From IMG/VR virus record IMGVR_UViG_3300016674_000106: a stretch of 64,000 nucleotides of DNA. The stretch is one strand, 5' to 3'. The notes beneath the pieces were generated by a model, which was given only the letters and a program-made list of their open reading frames with translations, did not search any database and was not told the DNA's origin. Positions 54,515 to 63,385 of this stretch are shown here, one piece after another. Source of the stretch: a virus. The position numbers and the translations under genes were made by a program. Each line of letters opens with the position of its first letter. Position 1 is the stretch's first letter.

Positions 54515-55626
54515 TTTCTCGGAGCCCACTTTTCTTGATTAATAAGTTTAATAAATTGATCAGGAATATCGTATCGAAATTCCACATTAGGATGTGGCTG
54601 GACATAACCTTCAGGATTGACCATTTTAATATCTGTTAATTCGTCCTGATTGATTCTAGACATTACCTTATGTTTTAATGCTGTAATTTTTTCTATCGAG
54701 CGAAGTAGAACCACAAGGTCGTGTTGATGCTTATAGAGCACAGCTCGTCGCCGTTCTGACAAGTTTTCATTTGCCCAACCTTTAAATAGATGAATAATGT
54801 ACTCTTTTCGGTGAACGGCATTTAGAAATGTATACACGATTTCGCCTGGAGTTTTCATAAACGGTTTTGAATTTAAAAACGTATCAATAGCATCTGCGTT
54901 TTTCTTAATATATTCAGTAACCGTCATTGCATCTTTTAAGAGATCTAATTCCGTATCGGTAATGTTGGGCTGTATAATACCCGGAGCGGTTGATGTAACA
55001 GGTCCTTGGACAATAACTTGATTACTGCTCTTTGTATATTCAGGTCTTTTTTCGATAAAAGATCCTATACTATCGTAAAATCCTGTAGCAGAAATCATAG
55101 CTGTAGCGTTTTCAATTCGCTGACCTGTTAGAGATTCCATTTCTACTTCGAACCGAGTGATATTGGGTTGAAATTTAAACACATTTGTTTCTACCTCTTT
55201 TGGAGCCATAGGAGAGAACAAAAAGCTACCTTCAAAAAACCCATTATCGGGACTGACTTCTTCCATTAACGGCCAGAGAGACGACAACGCCTTTGCATAT
55301 GCAATTCTTTCGTCGGAAATTTTGCCGGTGTTTAAAATAAAATCTTGAAGATCTTTCGCTCGTGTAGGAACTACAGGAGTGCCGTCGGCTAACATTCGAG
55401 AACCTCGCTTGTAATAATCCCAGGCATTCTTAGTCATCATGGTAAACTGACCGTGTTGTTTACCCCAAAAGATTACCGGATTTCCGTCCCATTTTATTTC
55501 TAATGTAGACGGATCTCTTGCTATATGCACTAGTCGTTCCACTGCATGAAGCCCGCCAACGGCTCCGTGAGTAAGCAACAAGTCCTCGACATGCTGGTAT
55601 TTTCTACCAACTGAGTTAGTTTGCAT
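54511..55626 (-). CDS. Ligase-like (KxDG) nucleotidyltransferase-fold protein
   Basis: H.EDL...G, IKWDGNP..FWG (motif I), FEG...F, EGYV, IKL. Confidence 0.6.
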   Translation of the reverse strand: MQTNSVGRKYQHVEDLLLTHGAVGGLHAVERLVHIARDPSTLEIKWDGNPVIFWGKQHGQFTMMTKNAWDYYKRGSRMLADGTPVVPTRAKDLQDFILNTGKISDERIAYAKALSSLWPLMEEVSPDNGFFEGSFLFSPMAPKEVETNVFKFQPNITRFEVEMESLTGQRIENATAMISATGFYDSIGSFIEKRPEYTKSSNQVIVQGPVTSTAPGIIQPNITDTELDLLKDAMTVTEYIKKNADAIDTFLNSKPFMKTPGEIVYTFLNAVHRKEYIIHLFKGWANENLSERRRAVLYKHQHDLVVLLRSIEKITALKHKVMSRINQDELTDIKMVNPEGYVQPHPNVEFRYDIPDQFIKLINQEKWAPRK

Positions 55627-56269
55627 TATTGATATATTTTTCTTTAATGAAGTTAAGTTTATCTGGATACGGTCTCAGCGCCGCAAACAATGAGGTGATA
55701 GATGAAATATCAATCGCCGACGCTGTATTATCTATTATAGCACGAGCAATGACGTCTTTACTACTGGAGATTAACTCATTAGTTTCTCTAACTACTAATC
55801 CTTTGTAAGGACTAATTTTAAGATGAGGGTTAGATAGTTTTAATAAATCGGCCCACATTGCATGCAATGTTCCGCCATTCATAGTTGGATCGACCAAATA
55901 ATCGTGTGTATGTAGTGCTGCAATACTGCATGCGTTTTCGACAATCATAAGATCGCACTGTGAAACCCCGTTACCGTTTTCAATGCCAACATGAACTGAA
56001 ATTCCGTTTAAAATGGAATACAGTCCTTGAGAAATAAAGTGGTCTCTGAGTTTAGTTTTAGCATCAGCTAACGTATCTGCACTCAGCGCAGACATTAAGA
56101 GATTAGCGTCGATTAATGCATCGAGATCTGATGCTATTTCTTTCTTGCCTGCGGATCCGATAATAAAAAATGGAACAGTTGTTGGTAATGCTTTTTTTAG
56201 ATTAGATTCAATCGTGTGTATGTTACTGTATGTTACCGGACCTGCATCCGGTATAAGCTTTCCGCCCAT
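55616..56269 (-). CDS. Pol-beta superfamily nucleotidyltransferase
   Basis: IGSAGKK..ASDLDALID (GS-x-DxD) plus a third Asp in SQCDLM. Confidence 0.65.
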   Translation of the reverse strand: MGGKLIPDAGPVTYSNIHTIESNLKKALPTTVPFFIIGSAGKKEIASDLDALIDANLLMSALSADTLADAKTKLRDHFISQGLYSILNGISVHVGIENGNGVSQCDLMIVENACSIAALHTHDYLVDPTMNGGTLHAMWADLLKLSNPHLKISPYKGLVVRETNELISSSKDVIARAIIDNTASAIDISSITSLFAALRPYPDKLNFIKEKYINNAN

Positions 56270-56287
56270 TGAACACTTTCTTGAAGG

Positions 56288-56677
56288 TTAGATGCCTAAT
56301 TTATACTCGCCTTTACGGATATCTTCGTAACAATGATCACCGAGTCTGCAACATAGGCCTTTTCGAAGATCGAAGGAAAATTCGTCTCTCGGATCTCCGC
56401 TAAGTTCTTGTTCTTTGTAATAACGCAAACAGGCTTGATTTACCATCGGCATCCACTTAGGGTTAAACTTTTTTGCATCGAACTTGTTGGCCTTCATTAG
56501 TCTTGCTGCTTCTTGTGCAAGAGGAATGAAATACTTTTTATGAAGAGAATCGTCGTCGAGCATAAACCAAAAAATTTCATCGCCGAGCTTTTCTTGGTCT
56601 TTTTCAGTCTTGCCGGATAACTCGTCTGTCGAGTCGGTAGTCGGTTGATGTGCGCCAAAGAATTCAAATAGTTTCAT
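56288..56677 (-). CDS. Hypothetical protein, capsid-targeting-like N-terminus
   Basis: 129 aa, MKLFEFF start; AATAAATA box at 56709-56702. Confidence 0.55.
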   Translation of the reverse strand: MKLFEFFGAHQPTTDSTDELSGKTEKDQEKLGDEIFWFMLDDDSLHKKYFIPLAQEAARLMKANKFDAKKFNPKWMPMVNQACLRYYKEQELSGDPRDEFSFDLRKGLCCRLGDHCYEDIRKGEYKLGI

Positions 56678-56707
56678 TCTGTTTACCGTATTATAATAAC
56701 ATATTTA

Positions 56708-57136
56708 TTAGTGATTGTAATTAATAAACAGCACCGAACCGTTTGTTTGCTCGTCACTACGATGCACTTTTGCTCTAACCCATACAAAATTTCCGACGAA
56801 GTTTACATAGTTAGTCGTAGTTGATGCCGGAACGTTCGGTTGTATATATGTAACTTCAGTGTCTTTAACATTAAACCAGTCTGCTTCGGTCGGCTCGGTA
56901 GCTAACGATGCTTGCATTGTTAGCGTTCCAATAAACTGCGGAGTAACGGTGTATGTTACTGTATGTAGTCCATCAGCTGACCCGAAATATCCGTCCCCTT
57001 TTTCTTTAATTGAATTAAAGATGTTGCCCCCGCCCGGAGCATACGCAGCAGACGGGATAGCAACAGAAGTCGATGTAGTTGCGTTTGTTCCGGTAGATTG
57101 TATAACGAAATTGATTTGTTTACTCAATGCTGGCAT
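56708..57136 (-). CDS. Probable small virion beta-sandwich protein
   Basis: Thr/Ser-rich, ends NFVGNFVWVRA; GATAAATA at 57162-57155. Confidence 0.5.
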   Translation of the reverse strand: MPALSKQINFVIQSTGTNATTSTSVAIPSAAYAPGGGNIFNSIKEKGDGYFGSADGLHTVTYTVTPQFIGTLTMQASLATEPTEADWFNVKDTEVTYIQPNVPASTTTNYVNFVGNFVWVRAKVHRSDEQTNGSVLFINYNH

Positions 57137-57140
57137 ATTA

Positions 57141-57788
57141 TTATCCTGATTGAGTATTTATCTCCGTTCTTAGCTTAACTTCTTCGATTAACTTTATTGC
57201 ATTGCCAGCTGATAGAACTAACATCGAAAGTGTTTTATCGTCAATTACATATAGATAATACGATGGGTTCCACCGCCACTTGCCTGCATTTAACCACAGA
57301 TCGACTGCATGATTAGCCTCGCAGGTTTTTGCGTTGTTTTGCATCCAATTCTTAACAGAAAGTCGTTCGTTATCCGATGCAGTAGGTTTGAACGTAACTT
57401 TAAATCTGTACTTTCTTTTAAATAACTGATTTTTAATTACAAACTTTCTACCGTGATTGACTAGCGTTTTCAGCTCTTCGGCTGTACCTGGTCCCCAAAA
57501 TTGTAAACATCTAGATTTAAATACATCAACAAACTTGTCTTTTAACGCAATATCTTTAAAGAAGATTGCTAATCTAGTATGTTCTCCTCGGGTCGCATAC
57601 TCGGTACTGTCGAAAGATTCTAAAAGTTTTGCTACCGCCTTGACATCTTGTAAGTCGATTTTTGAATGCCAGGACGGGTTCTTTTGCACCATTTTAAGCC
57701 AAGAGGCTCGTTCAACTGATACTACTAGTTTGAACGGCCACTTGCCATAAAATAGCTTACTGGTTGTCAGTGTTGCTATTTGCGTCAT
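57141..57788 (-). CDS. Hypothetical protein
   Basis: 215-aa ORF overlapping the clpA 3' end. Confidence 0.55.
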   Translation of the reverse strand: MTQIATLTTSKLFYGKWPFKLVVSVERASWLKMVQKNPSWHSKIDLQDVKAVAKLLESFDSTEYATRGEHTRLAIFFKDIALKDKFVDVFKSRCLQFWGPGTAEELKTLVNHGRKFVIKNQLFKRKYRFKVTFKPTASDNERLSVKNWMQNNAKTCEANHAVDLWLNAGKWRWNPSYYLYVIDDKTLSMLVLSAGNAIKLIEEVKLRTEINTQSG

Positions 57789-60036
57789 TCGTCTCTAATT
57801 CCTGAACTGGCATTACTTCAATAAAGTTAAGAACCAGTTCGTTATTCTTAACCGATGCTTCTACTACTCCGCCGTTAACAAGCTTACCAAACAGCAATTC
57901 CTTACTAAGCGGCTTCTTGATGTATTCGTCGATTGTTCGCTTCAACGGACGAGCGCCCATCTTTGCGTCAAATCCCTTGTTGATCAAAAACTCCACAGCA
58001 TCGGCAGTAAGCTTAACATGCACATTCCGATCCTTGACAAGGACATTGAGGTCGTCGATAAATTTCTTCACAACCTTAATCATAGTGGTGTGATCAAGCT
58101 TAGAGAACTGAATGATGCCATCGAGACGATTGCGAAACTCAGGAGTAAAGAATCGTTTGATTGCATCACTAGTATCAGTGCTTCGTTCAAGAGTCCCGAA
58201 GCCGACTAGATTCTTCTCCGCATCGGCTGCACCAATGTTAGAAGTTAGAATTACGATTGCGTTACGCCCGTCTGCAACCTTGCCGTTGCTACCAGTAACT
58301 GCGCCGTTATCCATAAGTTGGAGCAGAACCGTTAACACGTCTGGGTGAGCTTTTTCGACTTCGTCGAACAGCAGAATGCAGTTAGGAGTTTCTTGGAGCT
58401 TGGTAATCAGCTGGCCGGCGTTATCGTCGAACCCGACGTAACCCGGAGGGCTACCGATAAACTTAGACACAGAATGCTTCTCTTGGTATTCACTCATGTC
58501 AAATCGAACCAGCGGAGTGCCCATATTTGCAGACAATTGCTTTGCGGCCTCAGTTTTACCAACTCCGGTAGGACCAGTAAACAAGAAGCTACCAATGGGT
58601 TTGTTGAGCTCTTTGAGGCCTGCTTGTGCAATAAAGATTTTATCCAGCAATGCAGTGATCGCGTTATCTTGTCCAAACACCTTTGCCTTCATGTTCTTGT
58701 CAAGATCACGCAGATTCTTGTTTTCCTTTGCAGCAATTTGATCATGCGGAATGTTAGTAATACGACTAACTTCGAACACAATCTGATCGTGATCAACAAC
58801 GCCGTTTTCTTCATCGCGTAGTTTGAATCGCGCGCACGCACAATCGATGAGATCCAGAGCCTTATCAGGCAACTTCTTATCGCTCATGTACTTAACAGAA
58901 TATTTCACTGCATCAGCAATTGCCTGGTTAGTAATCTTAACCTTGTGGTGCTTTTCGTAATACTTGCGAAGGCCCTTGATGATTTTGATAGTAACTGCTT
59001 CAGTAGGTTCGTTCACTGTTACCCGTTGGAATCGACGCATAAGTGCACGATCCTTTTCGAAGTGTTTGCGATACTCTTCCCAGGTTGTAGAGGCAATGAC
59101 CTTAATAGCACTCTTGGCCAACGCGGGCTTCAGCATGTTGCTCATGTCGTTAGCATTGCCACTTGCTGCGCCTGCACCGCTCATCATATGAGCTTCGTCA
59201 ATGAACAGAATGCAGTTTTGCTTCTTTTCGAGTGCAGCAAGAACTTGCTTAAGGCGCTCTTCAAAATCGCCTCGATACTTAGAACCAGCAAGCATGGCGC
59301 CGATATCAAGACTAAACACCTCGTGATTCTTAATAAAGGTTGGCACTTTACCTTCGTGAATCTTCCGAGCAACACCTTCGGCAATTGCGGTCTTACCAAC
59401 GCCAGGGTCGCCAACAAGCATCACGTTGCTCTTATGTCGCCGCGCAAGAACCAGCGTAAGTTCTTCGATCTCATTGTCTCGGCCGATTACAGGGTCAATC
59501 TGATTCGACGCCGCTTTAGCACTCAGATTAGTGCAATACAGGGAAAGTACCTTATCTTGTTTGGTCGAATCAACAGGTGCTTCGGTGGTGTCGTCGTTAT
59601 TTTGGTTGTCTTTAGTCATGTATTCAATAAATGCATCTCTATCAATTTTTGCCTTTTGCATGAAATAGTTTGCATAACTCTCTTTTTCAGAGAAAAGGCT
59701 AACAAAGCAGTCAACAGGTTCGATTGTTTGTCGACCAGTGAACAGAACCTGCGTAAAAGCACGATTCAGCATTCGCTCAACTGTGTTTGTTTTTTTAGGC
59801 GATTCTCCGGCTTGGAGGGTTGCAATGCCGGCATACTCGTTGTCGATAAAATTGACAAGATCGTTGCGAAGTTGGCTAACATCGGCACCAAATTCAGCTA
59901 AGAATTCACAAAATTCTTTGTCAAGAACCATACCATACAGGAAATGTTCAAGCGTAAGATACTCGTGATTTCGATTGATTGCTGCGGTCAGCGCAGTATC
60001 AAACATAGTTGCCAGTTGCTTATTTGGACTCAACAT
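57757..60036 (-). CDS. clpA: ClpA-type ATP-dependent chaperone
   Basis: Clp N-domain (HEYLTLEH.L); D1 [27 protein letters not shown]; D2 [32 protein letters not shown]; LVGF loop. Confidence 0.93.
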   Translation of the reverse strand: MLSPNKQLATMFDTALTAAINRNHEYLTLEHFLYGMVLDKEFCEFLAEFGADVSQLRNDLVNFIDNEYAGIATLQAGESPKKTNTVERMLNRAFTQVLFTGRQTIEPVDCFVSLFSEKESYANYFMQKAKIDRDAFIEYMTKDNQNNDDTTEAPVDSTKQDKVLSLYCTNLSAKAASNQIDPVIGRDNEIEELTLVLARRHKSNVMLVGDPGVGKTAIAEGVARKIHEGKVPTFIKNHEVFSLDIGAMLAGSKYRGDFEERLKQVLAALEKKQNCILFIDEAHMMSGAGAASGNANDMSNMLKPALAKSAIKVIASTTWEEYRKHFEKDRALMRRFQRVTVNEPTEAVTIKIIKGLRKYYEKHHKVKITNQAIADAVKYSVKYMSDKKLPDKALDLIDCACARFKLRDEENGVVDHDQIVFEVSRITNIPHDQIAAKENKNLRDLDKNMKAKVFGQDNAITALLDKIFIAQAGLKELNKPIGSFLFTGPTGVGKTEAAKQLSANMGTPLVRFDMSEYQEKHSVSKFIGSPPGYVGFDDNAGQLITKLQETPNCILLFDEVEKAHPDVLTVLLQLMDNGAVTGSNGKVADGRNAIVILTSNIGAADAEKNLVGFGTLERSTDTSDAIKRFFTPEFRNRLDGIIQFSKLDHTTMIKVVKKFIDDLNVLVKDRNVHVKLTADAVEFLINKGFDAKMGARPLKRTIDEYIKKPLSKELLFGKLVNGGVVEASVKNNELVLNFIEVMPVQELETNDANSNTDNQ

Positions 60037-60039
60037 TGA

Positions 60040-60534
60040 TTATTTCCTTTTCTTCGATTGTTTGACTGCTAGTGCCCATTTTAAATCACTAATTCGATCT
60101 CGATACGTAATGCCTTCGAGATGATCAAATTCATGCAAGAAACATCTGCATGCATACCCGTAAAACTCACCCTCTTTTGTTTCGCCGGAACTGGTTTGCC
60201 AGCGGACCATAACTCCATTGGGTCTCTTAATTTTAGCATAGATACCAGGAAAACTCAAGCATCCTTCATCCATTTCAGAAAGCCGTTCTGTAGTGGCGAT
60301 AATATGTGGATTAAAGAACCCTTGGGCAGATTCTGGATCTTCCTTATTTCCCATAACAAACATTCTAACTCGTTTGCCAACCTGATTAGCCGAAAGGCCA
60401 ATGCCGCCGCTTGCAAACATTGTTTCGATCATGTCCTTTTCGAGTTGAACTGGGTCTTCTGACGGATTCAAAAAATCAAATTCTGGCATTCGTTCTTTTA
60501 AAATGTCCGCTGGGTGATGAATAATTTTTAGCAT
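60040..60534 (-). CDS. def: Peptide deformylase
   Basis: GIGLSANQVG, EGCLS, HEFDHLEG motifs intact. Confidence 0.95.
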   Translation of the reverse strand: MLKIIHHPADILKERMPEFDFLNPSEDPVQLEKDMIETMFASGGIGLSANQVGKRVRMFVMGNKEDPESAQGFFNPHIIATTERLSEMDEGCLSFPGIYAKIKRPNGVMVRWQTSSGETKEGEFYGYACRCFLHEFDHLEGITYRDRISDLKWALAVKQSKKRK

Positions 60535-61343
60535 AAGTCTCTTGCCTTTTTTAATAGTTCTTTTTGTTCTTCAGTTAGTAGGGTTGGAATTTTAATATTG
60601 ATTGGAATGATCAATCTACCTCGCTGTGAGGTATTATTTAGGATTGGCATACCGTAACCGGGCACAGATAAAGTCGTGCCCATTTGTATCCCGGCAGGCA
60701 CGTTTACGGATAACGTTTTTTTGTCAATTGTTTCTATTTCTACCGAAGTTCCAAGTAACGCATCAAACGCGCTAATAGTTACTTCTTTTACCAAATCGTT
60801 GTCTACTCTTTGAAAATCTTTATGATTTTCGACAATAATCGAAACATGCACGTCGCCTCGCGGAATTGACTGGTTTGAATCGTCGCCTACGCCTGATAAC
60901 TTTAGTACAGTGTTAGATCGCACACCTGCAGGTATTTTAATCGAAATAACTTCTTGTCTGCCGCTTGGCAATTTAATTGTTGCTACAATATCTTTTCCAG
61001 TAAAGGCTTCGTCGAGAGTTATTGAAAGATGTGCAGATACCGTTGCGTTTTTTGCAGGTGGGCGATGTTGCCACGCGTTTTGCCGTCTAAAGAATTCTGC
61101 AAATACATCGCTAAAGTCTCCTGCTGGCCCTGTCCAATGGTCAAAACTTGGAGGGTTATCGTACTCTTGTCGTTTTTTTGGATCAGACAAGATCTCGTAT
61201 GCGTGCTTAATTTGTTGGAATTTTTCCTGATCTCCGTCGGTTCGATCAGGGTGATATTTCATTGCTAACTTTCGGTATGCTTTTTTGATCTCATCAAGAG
61301 ATGCTGTTTTTTCGATACCGAGCGTTTTATAGTGATCATCCAT
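60528..61343 (-). CDS. dnaJ: DnaJ/CbpA-type J-domain co-chaperone without zinc finger
   Basis: J-domain with YHPD, then DnaJ C-terminal domains (IPAGV, GD..V.I); start MDDHY at 61343. Confidence 0.9.
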   Translation of the reverse strand: MDDHYKTLGIEKTASLDEIKKAYRKLAMKYHPDRTDGDQEKFQQIKHAYEILSDPKKRQEYDNPPSFDHWTGPAGDFSDVFAEFFRRQNAWQHRPPAKNATVSAHLSITLDEAFTGKDIVATIKLPSGRQEVISIKIPAGVRSNTVLKLSGVGDDSNQSIPRGDVHVSIIVENHKDFQRVDNDLVKEVTISAFDALLGTSVEIETIDKKTLSVNVPAGIQMGTTLSVPGYGMPILNNTSQRGRLIIPINIKIPTLLTEEQKELLKKARDLC

Positions 61344-61349
61344 TGTGTT

Positions 61350-61378
61350 ATTATAAATGATCACTTAGATAATGTCAA
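61350..61378 (-). promoter_or_regulatory. Consensus sigma70 promoter for dnaJ-def-clpA (leaderless)
   Basis: TTGACA (61378-61373), 17 nt, TATAAT (61355-61350), 6 nt to the ATG. Confidence 0.8.
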
Positions 61379-61567
61379 CTACTTTGGAGGAATTTTTGTT
61401 CCGTTTAACTTTTTGTGAACTTTAATAATTTTGCATTGTTTAACCGGTTTTTTCATCTTATCAAGACGGGTATAACAAACGGTTTTTGTTTTTATCGGTG
61501 CCGAAATTGCTGAAAGCGGCACTAATAAAAATGGTAAAATTAACACGAGCATTAAGGTTGTTTTCAT
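61379..61567 (-). CDS. Small secreted basic protein
   Basis: 62 aa, signal-peptide-like N-terminus, two Cys; last gene of the lysis cassette. Confidence 0.5.
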   Translation of the reverse strand: MKTTLMLVLILPFLLVPLSAISAPIKTKTVCYTRLDKMKKPVKQCKIIKVHKKLNGTKIPPK

Positions 61568-62058
61568 AACACAGGATCGTCCGTTAGAGGTGGGCCGTAT
61601 TTGCCTTTGATTTTTTCAACTGGTTCAGGAACCGGTTCTTCGAACACCGCCGGCTTTGATGGTTTTACAATAGGTGTAGGTTTTTCTTTAGTCACAACTT
61701 CAGATTGCAACGCTTGCACCGGCAGCGCCGGGCCTGGATTAGAAGGCATTGCGGCTTGTTGATAGGTAGTTCCCGGACCAAGAATACCATTAATTTTTTC
61801 TTGCGTTCTTCCGTAAGCAGCGATACCTAACACAGTTCCCATTGCAACATGGAACAGTCCTGCTCCTTGCAGAGTTAGCGGTTGCCACTGCGCAGTCACT
61901 TGACCATTAAACGCCGATTGCAACAAACTCCATAATATCGGAAATACAATGAAGTCGGCAATACACACTGCCATGTAGACCCATCCTACCATTGGCCTCC
62001 ATTTAGTGTTTAACCAATCGCTGTACTCGTCGGCATCTTGCAGTCTCCTTCGTTTCAT
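61564..62058 (-). CDS. Holin (GTA-type 3TM-like)
   Basis: W....WRP.VGW.Y...C..DF...P...L..G..AYGRT.EK; adjacent to the endolysin. Confidence 0.65.
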   Translation of the reverse strand: MKRRRLQDADEYSDWLNTKWRPMVGWVYMAVCIADFIVFPILWSLLQSAFNGQVTAQWQPLTLQGAGLFHVAMGTVLGIAAYGRTQEKINGILGPGTTYQQAAMPSNPGPALPVQALQSEVVTKEKPTPIVKPSKPAVFEEPVPEPVEKIKGKYGPPLTDDPVL

Positions 62059-62685
62059 TTATTCCCCCTTTGACAGCACAATAAGAGCGTTGTTGTATCT
62101 TACTATGCGATCGGCCATTCCGTGATCTCCGCCGTTGACTTTTTTAGAGATAGATACTATGTCACCTTTATCAGCCAGCGCGTTAAGATTATTTGATTCC
62201 CAGAACCAGCATGAGCCTTGCACGGCTCCTTCAAATGTCTCCAGGTATTCAGTAGCTTCATCGATTGAAATTTCTAAACTGTCGGCAAATTCTTGACAAT
62301 TGGTCTTTCCTGTTACCTGAATTAATCCTCGACCGCGATATTTCCATCCGTCTTGACTGGCTTCGTCGCCGTTTCCCATTCGATTTGCATAAACCTTACT
62401 TGCGATCGCTTGCGGGTTTCTTTCATACTTTTTTGCAGCGGCATCGGTTGGGAAATATTTCGGAAAAGTTTTTCTAAGTCCTTGCCAACTATAGTTTAAG
62501 TTCTCTCTAATAAACTTAAAATCGCCACTTTCGTGCCCGCATTGCGCTAAAAACGCAGCGATGCGTAATCGAGTATTAATTTCATATTCCGGAAGTAGCT
62601 TAATTAGAGCTGCATACCAATGATCAAGGTACGGTGCGCCTGGAACAATTTTCTTCAGTTGGGCAATAGTGAGTAATTCGGACAT
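62059..62685 (-). CDS. GH19 endolysin
   Basis: RIAAFLAQCGHES, ENLNYS, YRGRGLIQVTGK.N, KKVNGG.HG..DR. Confidence 0.9.
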   Translation of the reverse strand: MSELLTIAQLKKIVPGAPYLDHWYAALIKLLPEYEINTRLRIAAFLAQCGHESGDFKFIRENLNYSWQGLRKTFPKYFPTDAAAKKYERNPQAIASKVYANRMGNGDEASQDGWKYRGRGLIQVTGKTNCQEFADSLEISIDEATEYLETFEGAVQGSCWFWESNNLNALADKGDIVSISKKVNGGDHGMADRIVRYNNALIVLSKGE

Positions 62686-62945
62686 TACCTGTCTCCGTTA
62701 TAAATTTTTTGTTGGGTTGAATACCAAGTTTTCCACGCATTAACTTGTTCTTTGCATAAATGATACTCTTTGTAGTTCGAAACTACTACTTCAACTACAT
62801 CACTTAATTTTTCTGTGTCGGGCACTAATGCTAACTCGGGGCACTGAATTTCTAAACTTGGCGGAATGCTCGGAAAATCTGGGCGGATATTTGGAGGACA
62901 ACATCCAACAAGCCCAAATGCAGCGATAACAATTAAAAATTTCAT
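62685..62945 (-). CDS. o-spanin (Rz1-like lipoprotein)
   Basis: Lipobox-like LVGC, Pro-rich mature part, further Cys. Confidence 0.7.
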   Translation of the reverse strand: MKFLIVIAAFGLVGCCPPNIRPDFPSIPPSLEIQCPELALVPDTEKLSDVVEVVVSNYKEYHLCKEQVNAWKTWYSTQQKIYNGDR

Positions 62946-63385
62946 TTTTTATCACCTGGTAATTCGTTTTTTGCAGACGCATTTAACAAACTAATAGCTT
63001 CCGGAGATACCTTACAGTTTTTATCAATAGCAGATGCGTCTTTGATTACTCTTTCTTTAATTACAATCTGAACATCTTTAATTTTTTGTACTTTGTTAAC
63101 ATAGATGTATTCAATTTGTGCATTAGCTTCTGCTGCTTTTGCTTCTGCTTCGCTTGCTTTTTGAGACAACTCTGCTATTTTTAGTCGATATTCTGCATCT
63201 TTCGCTATGCCGCCTTCGTACCAGATGCTAACAATCAGCAACACAATTCCTGTAATTTGAATCAAGGGCGAGTGTGCTGCTAATGATGGAAACTTTTTTA
63301 ATACCCAGCCTCCTACTGTTCCGAGCAGGCCGATACACAGCATTAAATGAAAGACCCATTCCGGTAAGAAGCTAAGTACCCACAT
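62942..63385 (-). CDS. i-spanin (Rz-like)
   Basis: N-terminal TM segments, then a coiled coil and a C-terminal Cys; overlaps the o-spanin start. Confidence 0.65.
   Translation of the reverse strand: MWVLSFLPEWVFHLMLCIGLLGTVGGWVLKKFPSLAAHSPLIQITGIVLLIVSIWYEGGIAKDAEYRLKIAELSQKASEAEAKAAEANAQIEYIYVNKVQKIKDVQIVIKERVIKDASAIDKNCKVSPEAISLLNASAKNELPGDKK

Noticed and set aside
9722-56665. Retention of restriction palindromes (GAATTC at 9722, 14823, 56660; many GATC, CCGG, TCGA) as proof of DNA modification
   Set aside because: Compatible with protection, but observed/expected counts could not be computed, so it is not evidence on its own.
58945-59901. 318-aa plus-strand ORF, and similar ones at 35956-36633, 34148-34753 and 48924-50300
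   Set aside because: They lie antisense to well-supported genes (clpA, MoxR, VWA, polymerase) and show no recognisable motifs; best explained as shadows of codon bias.
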